Source of the DNA: Octopus vulgaris
Lineage: Eukaryota
Reading direction: 5' to 3'
NCBI GenBank assembly: GCA_951406725.2
Contig: OX597816.1
Coordinates: 114,886,001 to 114,950,000 of the forward strand
Length of the DNA stretch: 64,000 bases
A program made the translations under genes and the position numbers. The notes below the pieces were generated by a model, which saw nothing but the letters and a program-made list of their open reading frames with translations, was not told the DNA's origin and did no database searches. Position 1 is the stretch's first letter. The number at the start of each line of letters is the position of its first letter. Below are positions 38,161-52,205 of the stretch, one piece after another.

Positions 38161-38777
38161 CCTTTACATTCTCTTACTTGCCCTGCTAGAAATGGCTGCT
38201 TTCTGTAATGTCTAAAAAAAACAAACAATAAGGACAAAACATTGTCCAGCACTATTTATTTGCTTGTATAAGGCAGACCCAAGTGGTTTTTACTTGTTGA
38301 GTTCCATTTTAATAACATCAAATTTTAAGTCATTTTTGGAAGAAAATCTTTTATTGAATTCATGACCCTTGAAAAATGTAAAAAAAAAAAAAACAATGTT
38401 TTAGCATCAAACTTTGTTTAAAATTGTTTCATATGCAAAGAGAGAGTGTATTTAATATCGGTCTTTGGAGTCCAGTAAATGTTTTGAGGGTTGTGAGTTC
38501 GGTCAGAGATTACGTTTGTAGAAAAATGTTTCATGCTTTTAGTTTGATGATTACAATTTTTGAGGGTCATGAGAAGATTTACATCCATGGAAATTCTCTT
38601 TAATTTAAATGTTGTTTAATAACTCTCAACACGTAGAAAGCATTTGAATCAGCCTCGAGTAAGGAAATACATGGTACTGTACCACAATATTTTATTCTTT
38701 TTGATTCTTAGACATTATAGTGTAGTATAAGGAAAATTTGGCAGCTATTTCTAGCAGGTCGACAGAACATATAAAGG
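38161..38777. repeat. Old ~600-bp fold-back (MITE-like) element
   Basis: Nested pairs CCTGCTAGAAAT/ATTTCTAGCAGG, TAATGTCTAA/TTAGACATTA, TCATGACCCT/AGGGTCATGA. Confidence 0.7.
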
Positions 38778-39337
38778 TTTCCATGGAGATCATCATATAT
38801 AATATGCCATCAAATGAAGGCTTTTGACTGGCTGAAAATGCATAACATTTAATGCCTGTAAGTTCAGAACTACATGTTTTGAAAATAATCTGATAAAAAT
38901 TTGAAAAACTTCAAGTGGTTGGAAGAAATTTAACAAGACCCCACTGACTTATATTTCAAATCATTCCTACTTTGAGCTGCATCTGTTCTGGTTTTAACTG
39001 GTGTTTCCCTCAGACTAATGTTGTCTAAGGTCATCAGGCTATATACTTCAGCAAACTGCATTCTTGTGTTCTTGACTGGTTCTGTTTAGTCATGTAATCT
39101 ACATTTTAAATAACTGTAATACAGTTAAATTGATATTTACTAAATGTTTCACATTATCATGTTAATCATGTTGGAGAAGAAAATTTGTGAGAACAGAACT
39201 AGTCAAAGGAAGAGAAAGAAAAGATATTGAAACATAAGGAACTTTTCAATAAATCTTCAAACTTACTTTATCTTGGGTTAAAATGCAAAGTAGTAGCAAA
39301 ACAGTAGGCAGAGAAAACAACAAATGCTTTGAACAAT

Positions 39338-40032
39338 AATGTTTCAAATTTTGACACAATACCAGCAATTTCAGGAAAGAGTGCGAGTCGATTAAATTGA
39401 CTCCAGTGGTCAACTGGAGTCAATTTTATTGACCTTGAAATGTTAAAAGGCAAAGTCAGCCTCAGTAGAATTTGAACTCAAAATGTAAAAACAGACAAAA
39501 CGCTGCCAAGTATTTTGCCCTGCATGCTAACAATTCTGCCAGCTTGCTACCTTTAATGTTTTGAATAATAATCCTTTCTACTACAGGCACAAGGCCTGGA
39601 TTTTGTGGGGAGGGTAACAGCCAATCACATCGACCCCAGTACTCAACTGGTACTTGATTTATTGACTCCAAAAGAATGATAAGCAAACTCGACCTCGGCA
39701 GAATTTGAACTTTGAACATAGTGGCAGATGAAATACCACTAAACATTTCACTCGGCATGCCAACGATTCTGCCAGTTTGCCACCTCTAATGCTTTGAATA
39801 ATAATCATTTCTACTCTAGGTATAAGGCCCAAAATTTTTGGGGAGGGAGCCAGTCAATTAGATTGACCCCAGTATGCAACTGGTACTTAATTTATCAAAG
39901 TCGACTCTTACTCTTTTACTCTTTTACTTGTTTCAGCCTCTTTTGCCAAACCGCTAAGTTACAGGGACGTAAACACACTGCTATCAGTTGTCAAACGATG
40001 TTAGGGAGACAAACACAGACACACAAACATAA

Positions 40033-40078
<46 letters not shown>

Positions 40079-40325
40079 GACGAGCTTCTTTCAGTTTCCG
40101 TCTACCAAATCCACTCACAAGGCTTTGTCAGCCCGAGGCTATAGTAGAAGACACTTGCCCAAGGTGGCATGCAGTGGGACTGAACCCGGAACCATGTGGT
40201 TTGTAAGCAAGCTACTTACCACATAGCCACTCCTACACCTTGCAGAATTTGAACTCAGAATGTAAAGACAGATGACATACTAAGCATTTCACCTGGAGTG
40301 CTAATGGTTCTGCCAGCTTACCATT
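39338..40325 (-). mobile_element. Three tandem SINE B copies, the third interrupted by SINE A (39905-40239)
   Basis: Family motifs; B sequence resumes at GCAGAATTTGAACTCAG after the A head. Confidence 0.82.
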
Positions 40326-40835
40326 TTTGATGCTTTGAATAATAATAAAAAAAGAGGGAGGCCCTGAAAGTGTAAATTGTATCTGCCGATGCCTGTATTA
40401 CAGAAAGTGATGCTGAGTTTGTACATTGAAGGAAGCATGGCTGCAGTATTAAGGTGATATTGGTTAAGAGACAAGCTTAAATTTGATCATCTATATACTT
40501 CAGTCGTTCTGGTTGTGTGTTCGTAGCTGGTCAGTTAACTTGATATTTAATTGTATTTCATGTACTTCCTCTTGTTTCTTTATTTTTCTCTTAATTTGGC
40601 ATAGGCATCATAAACAGTAAGTCAGAAAATTAATGACCTCAAAGAAGAGGAGCTACCCGAAGCTACTAGAGAACAGAGACAAAAGAATGAGGGCTGGAAG
40701 TAGATATTGTATCAGCAGCAGAAGTTACCAACCATGAGAGCCCAGTCAGAAAGATTGACTTTTAGTGATGACAAAATTTATAGCCGTAAAACACTTATAT
40801 GCCAGCCAAAAACTTTGCAGTGGATTTGTTTCAGT

Positions 40836-41042
40836 GACCATGTCACCAATCAGTCTGTATCATTGGCGATTTTTTTTCCTCCATTTTCCCTTCCTTGGAT
40901 CTTTCTTTTTTCTATGTTTCTGATGAAGAGCTCCGCTCAAAACGTTAAATCCTCCTTCTGTCTTTCTTTTCCTGAGCGTCCTATAACACTATACTTGTTC
41001 CACATCCTCATGTTGTTGTCTTTTCATGTTTGGATTAACTTT
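40836..41042 (+). mobile_element. Penelope-like short repeat family P1 with hammerhead motif
   Basis: GTTT-CTGATGA-AGAGCTCCGCTC-AAAACGTT-AAA at 40916-40949; runs into (TA)n. Confidence 0.7.
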
Positions 41043-41047
41043 ATATA

Positions 41048-41153
<106 letters not shown>

Positions 41154-41312
41154 TAATATATATATATATGTATATATATATATACATACATATACATATA
41201 TACATATATATATATGTATATATATATATACATACATATACATATATATATATACATATATATATACATATATATATATAAACACATGTAAACATATGTA
41301 TACACATGTATA

Positions 41313-41345
<33 letters not shown>

Positions 41346-41391
41346 TATACAACACACATATACATGTATATATATATACACACATATATAT

Positions 41392-41656
41392 ACCCATGAA
41401 GTTAATGTGAAAGTGGATGAGCACTCCACCAACACCTGTGTCCTTAATGTAGTTCTCAGTGAGTTTCAGCATAATTAAGAATGTGACAAGGGTGTTCCAT
41501 TGAATTACAGGTACAACTCATTTTTGTCAGCTGAGTGAATTAGAGAAGTGTGTAATAAAGTGTATTGCTTGAGGACATAGCACAATGCCAGGAATTGAAC
41601 TCACAGCCTCACACTCTAGAGCTGAATACCTTAACGGCTGAACCACATGCCTTCAC
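41392..41656 (-). mobile_element. Diverged tRNA-derived SINE related to 21129-21389
   Basis: Minus head GTGAAGGCATGTGG..GAGTTCAATTCC; shared CACTCAGCTG..AAAAATGAGT. Confidence 0.65.
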
Positions 41657-41863
41657 ACACACACAAAAACCCACACGCACACACACATATATATATATAC
41701 ATACATACATATATATGTATATGTATTTATGTATATACATATATGTATATATATATATGTAACATATATAAATACGTATATACATGTATATATATATATG
41801 TATATGTATATTTATATGTTACATATATATATATACATGTATATATATATATATGTATATATG

Positions 41864-41951
<88 letters not shown>

Positions 41952-43291
41952 AATATATATATGTATATATATATATGTATATATATATATGTATACATAT
42001 ATATATATGTATATGCATGCTCATACACATAGATATAGGTATATACGAATGTGTATCTATATGTACATATAGCCATGTACAGAAAGATCCTTGTGGTCTT
42101 AAAGCTAAAAGAAGAGAGAAACACAGTCAAAATAAATAAAATAAATAAATACAATGGAAACAAAGAAAGCAAAAACAAAAAAATAAGGGATCCAGTAACA
42201 AACGCTATACACAAGCCATTACAACAGATGAGTTTCTCTCTCTGATATGTAATGGAACTCGCTTCCTCAGAAATATAATGACATTCTAGTTCTGGAAACT
42301 AGTTTAAGGAAGCTTTGAAGACAAATCTGAAAGCAATGAGGCAAACAATCAAAGCCTGCAAAGAATTATGCTTGGGTTACACTTCTTTTAATAGTATGTG
42401 TAACTGTTTGTAAAACATATCTTTGTAACTTTTTAACGAATCTGAGCAGATTACAAATAACATTATCTGTTTACTTATTTGATATCAGAAGAACACAGAC
42501 TACTGGGAGCCAACAATGATGGATACTAAAACTGCAACTGTATGATGGAAAAAAGGTATTAGAAGAAAAGTAGCAGTTAAGTCTCCTTAAATTCAAATTG
42601 TATTGCCTTAAAAATAGGGAGGACGTGCTAGATAATGTGGTTTGAGATATATTATGCCCCCTACCACAGCAAAAAGTTAGATTGGATGTTTGTGGCTGGA
42701 ATGATATTTACTCAGTGGTTTTTAATTGATCAGCATTGATCCAGGACTAAACATCAATAGAAACAGTGCCAAAAATGAGATGAGGGAACCGAGCTGATGA
42801 AGAAAGCATGTTAATGAATAAGAAAGCTAATGAAAAAACTTGAACCAACGAAGACATCTTTATATATTGGCTGATTGACCTGCAAGAAAAATCAACCAAA
42901 TGTCTCTCAAATCATATGAAAAGTAAAGATATATTGGATCAATGTAGTCCAAGAACCTTGCATGCTGAATAAAATCAGAATTGGCATGGTCACTGCTGGA
43001 GCATCATTGATAATATAGATCTGCTGGATGAGGGTTGACTTGGAGCTAATCAGCAACAACTGGATCAGCTATTCCATAAATGACATCGTAGTTTGAATTA
43101 TTTGAGCTCAACATTATTGCAAACTGCTCTTATGAGATGTGTATAAAGATTCAGAGTAGGAACATAATTTACGTAAATAGTTTTAAGAATATCTTATGTG
43201 AGTGTGTGAATGTAAATGTGTCTGTGAGTGCATGCCTGTGTGTTATCTTTTATTTGTTTCACTCATATATATATATATATATACATATATA

Positions 43292-43484
43292 TGTGGCACG
43301 TAAAAAGCACCCACTACACTCACGGAGTGGTTGGTGTTAGGAAGGGCATCCAGCTGTAGAAACATTGCCAGATAAGAGTGGAGCCTGGTGCAGCCTTCTG
43401 GCTTCCCAGATCCCCAGTCGAACCGTCCAACCCATGCTAGCATGGAGAACGGACGTTAAACGATGATGATGATGATGATGATGA
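43292..43484 (+). mobile_element. RTE 3' end, young
   Basis: Near-identical to the reverse complement of 16401-16588; older copy at ~43750-43930. Confidence 0.88.
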
Positions 43485-44096
43485 TATATAGCCACTCACT
43501 TCTACTCACCTCATACTGTAAGGGTCCAACCTGACATCGCACCACTAGTATTTTTATCTCTTTCCAGCTCCACCCAAGTCACATCCACCCTCTTACTCTC
43601 CTATAAAGGGAGTAACTATGTAACTCCCCTACAGCAACAAAGTTATTCTGATCTGGTCCCTCTTTCAAAAATTTAACTCCTTATTTCCTAGAGTAAGGTC
43701 ACCTCCCTTGTTTCTATATTCCCATCAGTCGATGGTGATGTCACAAGTGCATGTGCCATGAAAAAAAGCACCCAGTACACTCTGTGGAGTGGTTGGTGTT
43801 AGGAAGGGCATCCAGCCATAGGAACCATGCCAATGCAGACACTGGAGCTCAATGCAGTCCTTGGACACACTAGATCCTGCCAAATTATCTTACCCAAGCC
43901 TGTATGTAACATGGTTGTTAAATGACGAGGGGGGTGCTGGTGATGGTAACACCTTACATACATATGCATAAACATATATACCCATATATGTGTGGTTAAG
44001 TAGTTTGTTTCCTGTCCACATGGTTCTGGGTTGTCTCATTGCATGACACCTTGGACACGTGTCTTGCAGAGAGATGGAAACTGAAATGAAAATCAG

Positions 44097-44370
44097 GGTG
44101 GCTGTGTGGTAAGTAGCTTGCTAACCAACCACATGGTTCCGGGTTCAGTCCCACTGTGTGGCATCTTGGGCAAGTGTCTTCTGCTATAGCCCCAGGCCGA
44201 CCAATACCTTGTGAGTGGATTTGGCAGACGGAAACTGAAAGAAGCCTGTCGTATATATGTATATATATATATTTTGATAAGCATAACAAATGCGCAACCG
44301 GTAAAAAGAACTTTCACCTAATTAAATTACTTAAATTACTTCAATTATTTGTCAGCATTTTCTTCATTTC

Positions 44371-44415
<45 letters not shown>

Positions 44416-44637
44416 GTGTGTGTGTGTTTGTGTGTCTGTGTTTGTCCCCCTAGCATTGCTTGACAGCCGATGCTGGTGTGTTTACGTCCCCGTCACTTAG
44501 CGGTTCGGCAAAAGAGACCGATAGAATAAGCACTGGGCTTACAAAGAATAAGTCCCGGGGTTGATTTGCTCGACTAAAGGTGGTGCTCCAGCATGGCCAC
44601 AGTCAAATGACTGAAACAAGTAAAAGAGTAAAAGAGT
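44097..44637 (+). mobile_element. SINE family A with ~100-bp insert in its internal TA tract
   Basis: Head to ~44270, foreign 44272-44374, tail to 44637. Confidence 0.88.
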
Positions 44638-44948
44638 ATATATACGAACCTATATGAATCTATATCATGGTAAGAAACTCAAAGCAATGACAAACTCCCT
44701 CCCTCACCAAAAGCCAAATTGCATGAGAATGGCCACTGAAGAGGTGGTTGCACTGGTGGTGCTCCAACATGGTCACAGCATTTGGGCTGAAATGTATAAA
44801 ATAATAAAAATATGTGTGTGTGTGAGTGCGTGCATAGGTGTGTGTACAATACACACACATTTATATTGGAAATAAAAAGATATAGAGATGTTTGTTTTTG
44901 TGTTTGTATGGGTTTATTTTTCAGTTTGTAGGTAGGTAGGCAGGTAGA

Positions 44949-45234
44949 TACATACATACATGCATACATACATACATACATACATACATACATACATACA
45001 TACATGCATACATACATACATGCATGCATGCATGCCTACATGCATATACACATACATACATACATACATACAAACATACATACATATACACATACATACA
45101 TATACATACACACACACATACATACATATACACATACATACATACATACATACATACATACATACATACATACATGCATGCATACATACATACATACATA
45201 CATGCATGCATGCATGCATACATGCATATACACA

Positions 45235-45266
<32 letters not shown>

Positions 45267-45376
45267 CACAAATATACATATACATACACACACACATACA
45301 TACATACATACATATACACATACATACATACATACATACATACACACATACATACATACATACATACATACATACA

Positions 45377-45408
<32 letters not shown>

Positions 45409-45591
45409 CATACATACATACATACATACATACATACATACATACATACATACATACATACATACATACATACATACATACATACACACATACATACATA
45501 CATACATACATACATACATGCATATACACATACATACATACATACATACATACATACATACATACATACATACATACATACATACATACAT
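44949..45591. repeat. ~640-bp (TACA)n imperfect microsatellite
   Basis: Directly visible. Confidence 0.97.
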
Positions 45592-46216
45592 AGATGAACA
45601 ATAAATTGACTGATAGATGAAGCAGAAAGTGAAAAGAAGAAAGACTGAGAGAATAAGGGAGGGAGATTTAGAGAGTGAAAGGAAGAGTTAGATGGAGAGG
45701 AGGAAGAGGAGAGAGAGTTTATAATCTAAATGAAACTGTATTTCAGGCCTGGGGATGATGATCTCTAGTATGAGAGGAAAGAGTTTTAAGGCCATGCTTT
45801 ATTTGTCTGTAAGTGACATTAAATTGTGAAAGATGTTATCATAGAAAATACATAATATGAAATCTCACCACTCATTAATACAATTTTGGCAACAATGTTA
45901 TCTATGGTACAGAAACAACAACAACAACAACAACAACAACGATAGCAACAACAACAACACCAATAGTAATACTGGTGATAATGATCATGATGATAATGTT
46001 TAGGATCGTGATAATGGTGATGGGGTGGAGGAAGAGAGTGATGATGATTATGATGATGTTCGTTTTTTTTTTCTTCTCCTTTTGTTTAGCCACAAGGGCA
46101 AAAATAAAATAACAGAAAAATAAAGTTTCTCAAACAAATTGATAAACAAACTATATATTTAAGGGAGTGGTGTTGGGAATAAGTGAATATATCACCGTTG
46201 AAATAATGCTTGTATG

Positions 46217-46295
<79 letters not shown>

Positions 46296-46432
46296 CACAT
46301 GTGTGAATGTGTATATATATATGCATGCATGCATATATACATCCACAAATATACATATGGCCTATATATATATATTTATACATATATATATATATATATA
46401 TACATACATATATTTATATGTATATATATATG

Positions 46433-46496
<64 letters not shown>

Positions 46497-47254
46497 CATA
46501 TATTTATGCATGTATATGTACCTTTGTACATGTGTGTGTGTGATTGTGTATGTATGTATGCATGTTATGTACGTGAGTGCATGTCTACGTGAATTCGTGT
46601 ATATGCAAGTAAATTATGTGTGTCTGAATGTGCATGAAAATAACAGAACAGCAAAAATAAACAGTACAAATTATTGCCAATAATAATAATAATAATAATA
46701 TTGATGATGATGATGATGATGATAATCATAACAACAACAACAACAATAATAATGATAACAACAAGAACAACAACAACAACAATAACAATAATAAATAATA
46801 TTAAATCATGAATGGTATAACGATATAGCGATATAACGATAGAGCAATGTGACGGTATTGGATTCCCAAGAGGCTCAAGAGATTGAATAGAAAAATAAAA
46901 TTTCATAATTAAATTCTTTCTTTCAGGTTACCATTTCGAGCTGAGTGTATGTATATGCATACCTCTGTATCTATTTCCATATATATATATATATATATAC
47001 ATATATATGTATATGTTTCTGCGTATCTGTATATGAGTGTAAGTGTGTCGGTGTGTGAAAAGCTTTTCCTGGTTGTAGTGTCTGTTTAGCAAGGAATCTA
47101 AAATCTAAAAGAATTAAATGCTCGTGTTATTGATACTCAAGAGAGAATTGAATCCAATTCTCTGCCGACCTTATTCATTGCCCTATGGTGCTTTTTGTCA
47201 CAATGATCATAATTTCTTACACCAAAATTATTATTGTTGTAATTATTATATTTA

Positions 47255-47321
<67 letters not shown>

Positions 47322-47776
47322 CTTTCTGTTATTCTGTCATTATTAATTTATTTTTTGTGTGTTCAGGTTATATATATATATATATATTTAAAAAAATTTT
47401 TTGCTGGTGTAGGGAAAGATGTGTTTTCCCTTAAATTCATTTTTAAATTATACAAATAATAACAATATCAACAACAACAACAATAATAATAATAATAATA
47501 AAGAAAAAATTATTAAAAAAAATACAAAGAAATAAAAAGACAAAATAAAATACAAAAAAAAATGATGTCAACTATGTTACCATATGCATTTTGTACTCTC
47601 ACTGCTTCACAGAGCAGTGTAGAATGTAACAGCTGTATACAGTGCAGTGCCACACTGCTATCCATAGCAGCTGTATACAGCCATTTGCTCACAACAGATA
47701 GGATCTGAGATGAACTCACTGATATTAACATATACACATATATGCACATACATACATATATGTATACATACATACA

Positions 47777-47810
<34 letters not shown>

Positions 47811-48148
47811 CATATGCAGGAGTAGTTGTGTGGCAAGAAGCTTACTTCCCAACCACATGGTTCCAGGTTCAGTCCTACTGCATAGTACCTTAGGAATGCA
47901 TCTTCTATGGCCTTGGGGGCAACGAAAGCCTTGTGAGTGGATTTGGTTGATGGAAACTGAAAGAAGCCTGTCTATATATATATAGCTGGCCAGATTGGAG
48001 CAATCTCAAGAATAATCAGCCGAAATTGGGAAGATAATTTGGTGCTTGAGGACAGAGGGGCTTTGAATGACCCATCGTTGTTTTCTTTGTATCGTCTATC
48101 TGGATGTTTTGTTGTTCCTTTTTGTATCACCTAGCTGTCCAGATGTTT

Positions 48149-48248
48149 TGCGTTCTTGTCCCATTTTGTATTTTATATATATATAGTGGCATACGTACAC
48201 TTTGCTCTCTTATATATATATATATGAGAGCAAAGTGTACGTATGCCA

Positions 48249-48280
<32 letters not shown>

Positions 48281-48300
48281 CAAAATGGGACGAGAACGCA
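48149..48300. repeat. Near-perfect palindrome centred on (TA)n
   Basis: 48149-48209 versus 48226-48300: one substitution plus a TA-length difference. Confidence 0.92.
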
Positions 48301-48322
48301 TATATATATATATATATATATG

Positions 48323-48517
48323 TCGGGTGGCACGTAAAAAGCACCCACTACACTCACGGAGTGGTTGGCGTTAGGAAGGGCATCCAACCGTAGAAACACT
48401 GCCAGATTTGACTGGGCCTGATGAAGCCTTCTGGCTTCACAGACCCCAGTAGAACCGTCCAACCCATGCTAGCATGGAAAACGGACGCTAAACGATGATG
48501 ATGATGATGATGATGAT
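48323..48517 (+). mobile_element. RTE 3' end
   Basis: Family match with (GAT)n tail. Confidence 0.85.
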
Positions 48518-48972
48518 ATATATATATAAGCCGTCCAATCAGGCGGATTCTAAGCTAGTATGTAGCTTTTAAGCATCTAACCCTGAATGGGAAAATCTGC
48601 AAACAGATCACTGACTTGTTTTGGAGAGGTTGTTGTAATTGCTTTCTCCAGAGTCATGTCCCAATGATGATAATATTCGTCACTAAAAATCATGAAATAA
48701 ATATCGCTGAAAACAGTCACAGTAAAGAAGATATAAGAATCCAAAATTTCAGGATTGCAGGTCTGGATTTGGCCTGGAATGTTTTTTATATACTCACGGA
48801 GTCAGCCTGATTTCAAAATGGCATATCATGTTGGGCTACGGCCTCTGGGAGTAAAGTTGAAAAAGTATTACATACTAACATTCACATTTATTATATTAGA
48901 TATATTTAATTTTGGGGAAACTGTATTTCAATTAAAGTGTATTTTATATATGTATATATATATATATATATA

Positions 48973-49270
48973 TCATCATCATCATCGTTTAACGTCCGCT
49001 TTCCATGCTAGCATGGGTTGGACGGTTCAACTGGGGTCTGGGAAGCCAGAAGGCTGCACCAGGCCCAGTCTGATCTGGCAGTGTTTCTACAGCTGGATGC
49101 CCTTCCTAATGCCAACCACTCCGTGAATGTAGTGAGTGCTTTTTATGTGCCACCCGCACAGGTGCCAGATGAGGCTGGAAAACTGCCATGATCGGATGGT
49201 GCTTTTTACGTGCCACCAGCACGGAGGCCAGTCAGGGCGGCGCTGGCTACAGCCAGTCAAGGCAGAGCTG
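48973..49270 (-). mobile_element. RTE 3' end
   Basis: Family match. Confidence 0.85.
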
Positions 49271-49654
49271 GTGTGTGTGTGTGTATGTGTATGTATATGT
49301 ATATATGTACACCCCACCTCACACATACATATATATGTATGTATTAAAGAAAGTAAAAAATAAACAAAAATGATAGTGCTCAGTAGTTGGATCAGTATGC
49401 TGGCCACAGGAATTTCTGTCCAGGAAAGTTGTACATCATCTTTCTCTTTCTCACACATACCCACTCTCTCTCTCTTATTATTACTCCCCTTGCTACCATC
49501 AACACTGCTACTCATCAACTCTCCCTAAATTTCTTTGTCTCTCTTTCTCTCCCTCTCCTTTTCTTTCTTTCTTTCTCTCTCTCTCTCTCCCTCTCTCTGT
49601 CTGTCTTCGCCACTGCTCTCACAGTCTCTATGCTTACTATTACTCTTACCTCAG

Positions 49655-49745
49655 CACAAGGAAGTATCATCAAATAGTGAGAGAGGGGGTCAAAGTGTGA
49701 CACACTGACACACAGAAATTAGTTTTCGCATTTATTATATTAGAT
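49655..49745 (-). mobile_element. Possible Helitron-type non-autonomous 5' end
   Basis: Minus strand A-TCTAATATAATAAATGCG.. followed by TG-rich tract; no clear 3' CTAG end. Confidence 0.35.
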
Positions 49746-50039
49746 GTATGTACTTGTGTGTGTGTATGTGTGTGTATGTGTGTATGTGCGCGCGTGTGTG
49801 TGTTTGTAACTGTGTTTTCACCCCTAACTGCTTGACAACCAGTGTTGGTGTGTTTATGTCCCCATAACTTAGAGGTTCAGCAAAAGAGACCAATAGAATA
49901 AGTACTAGGCTTAAAAACTAAGTACTGGGTTCAATTCATTCAACTAAAAATTCAAGGTGATGCCCCAGCATCGCCTCAGTTTATTGACTGAAACAAATAA
50001 ACAACAAAAGATAAAAGGTACACATACATTTATATATGC

Positions 50040-50379
50040 GTTTGCCAGCTCTGTCTCGCCCCGTGTCGGTGGCACGTAAAAGCACCATCCGTTCGTGTCC
50101 GTTGCCAGCATCGCCTGGCCCCGTGCCGGTGACACGTAAAAGCACCATCTGTTCGTGGCCGTTGTGCCAGCTCTGTCTGGCACCTGTGCAGGTGGCACGT
50201 AAAAAACACCCACTACACTCGCGGAGTGGTTGGCATTAGGAAGGGCATCCAGCCGTAGAAACACTGCCAAATCTGACTGGGCCTGATGAATCCTTCTGGC
50301 TTCACAGACCCCAGTTAAACCGTCCAACCCATGCTAGCATGGAAAACGGACGCTAAATGATGATGATGATGATGATGAT
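50040..50379 (+). mobile_element. RTE 3' end with short internal tandem repeats
   Basis: Family match; CACGTAAAA unit three times. Confidence 0.85.
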
Positions 50380-50621
50380 ATATATATATATATGTCTCTA
50401 TGTTTTTACATGTGCGTGTATTTTATTTCTTTTCTTTCTCTTAAGTTACAACAGTGAAAGCTCATTAATCATTTTCTCTAAACTAGAATGTATGCTTTCC
50501 ACATTCATATTTGAATTTTTTGCATTTCAGCAATTTTTCTCTGATTTTATTCATTCTCAAAATTTGATGGACATATAGCAGTACATAAGCCGACTCAAGA
50601 AATCTCTAGTGAGACTTTATA

Positions 50622-50671
50622 TTGATGTATCTGAAGAGACCCAGAATGGGTTGAAACATGTATTGTAATCA
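50622..50671 (+). ncRNA. Minimal hammerhead-ribozyme-like motif with intact core
   Basis: CTGAAGA-GACCC-AGAAT-GGGTT-GAAAC-AT-GTA; helix I weak. Confidence 0.5.
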
Positions 50672-51226
50672 TATGGAAGATATATTTGGGAAAATAAATC
50701 TATCTTCACCACTCACACCTCCTGACTTTATGCTTTTTATTTGTAAATATATAAATATCTATATGCATGTTTGTTTATGTATATAGCAGGTTTCTGTACA
50801 GTTTCCATCAACCAAATTTCTCTGAAAAATCATGCAGTGAGATTGAACTCAGTATCAGAACATAGTTATAAAGTCAACTTCTTAACTGTACAGCTATGGT
50901 TTAGAGATTCCTTTTTATATGAAGGCAAGGACTGATTTGAGGATTATTTAGCAGTTATTTCTACCTTTTTGTTTGACCACACGGAGGACTCCTTGTTGGC
51001 TTATTAAACAGTCTGTTGTATTTTATTGGCTACAAAGGAATTATGGGACATATAGCCGTTTATCTCTGTCCTTGGTTCAGGCTTGTTTCTATGATCTCTA
51101 GGGAGGAAGGTCAGCCGACTGGACCGATAAGGCAAATAATTAGATAGACTACATTTCACATTTCACACAAGCAATGTTCAAAGTCACTGGTTATTGGTGC
51201 CGGCATGTGTATGTATATATATATTA

Positions 51227-51258
<32 letters not shown>

Positions 51259-51445
51259 GTTTGAGTGTGTTTTATTTATGTGTGTACATATATATGTATG
51301 CATGTATGTGAATATGTGTATGTAAGTGTGGTGAGGAAAGCCTCTGTATGTTTGAGATAATATTTATTTGTAATCTTTTCGTGTATATATTTATACATGC
51401 AAGTGTATGTGTATATATATACATATATATACATATCTATGTCTG

Positions 51446-51489
<44 letters not shown>

Positions 51490-51814
51490 GCTAGCTAGCT
51501 AGCTATCTATCTATCTATATATATATATATATACATATCTATGTCTGTCTGTCTGTCTCTCTTTCTCTCTCTATATATATATGTATATCTCCACACACAC
51601 ATAAATATTTTACTTACACACACAAACACATATATGCACATACATATACACTCACGCACACACAAGCTCATACACACGCACACACGTATCATATATATTT
51701 GAAGTAGATAAATATTAAATGAGGTTAATCGAAGTAAGCAAAAATTAAATTAATAAATATAATAAAGAAAATCTAAACTATTAAAATAATATTATGATAG
51801 TGGAAATAAAGTTA

Positions 51815-52205
51815 CTTTAGTGACAGATATTTCGTTATGCTTATGACACTAGTCACTAATATATATTTGCATGGGTGGGACTAAGGGAGAAAGAACTGTG
51901 AACATGTATGTTATTTGAAGTTGTTTCTATATCTGGAAGAATGGAGAGGGTGTTCAAGAAAGATGTAGTAGGCAGCAAGGTCTGATTGGGTATGATGCAA
52001 GTTGCACAAGGTGGAGCAATATGGAAATCAGGTGATAGGATGGAGCAATGGGGAGGTGGAGCAATGGAGAGAACAGATGATAGAATGGAAGGTTAGTTGA
52101 GGAATTGGTGGCCAATTGTGTGATGAGTATAGGACAAGAGGGAAGGTGTTATGGTCAATAGCTAGGGCATGATGGTAAGTAGTATCGATGGTTGGTTGGG
52201 GGGTC
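51815..52205 (-). pseudogene. Possible decayed Penelope ORF (linker, CxxC, start of GIY-YIG)
   Basis: Across frameshifts: HHALAIDH..FPLVL, P.FH..PPCATC, HVHSSFS..NIY, CHKHNEISV; a similar weak patch at 53290-53505. Confidence 0.35.

Noticed and set aside
46913-46952. Plus-strand microexon after TTCTTTCTTTCAG
   Set aside because: Isolated, opposite to the inferred gene, donor lies in a TG/TA repeat
48528-48880. Crypton-like non-autonomous element
   Set aside because: Only short motif resemblance, single copy, no defined ends
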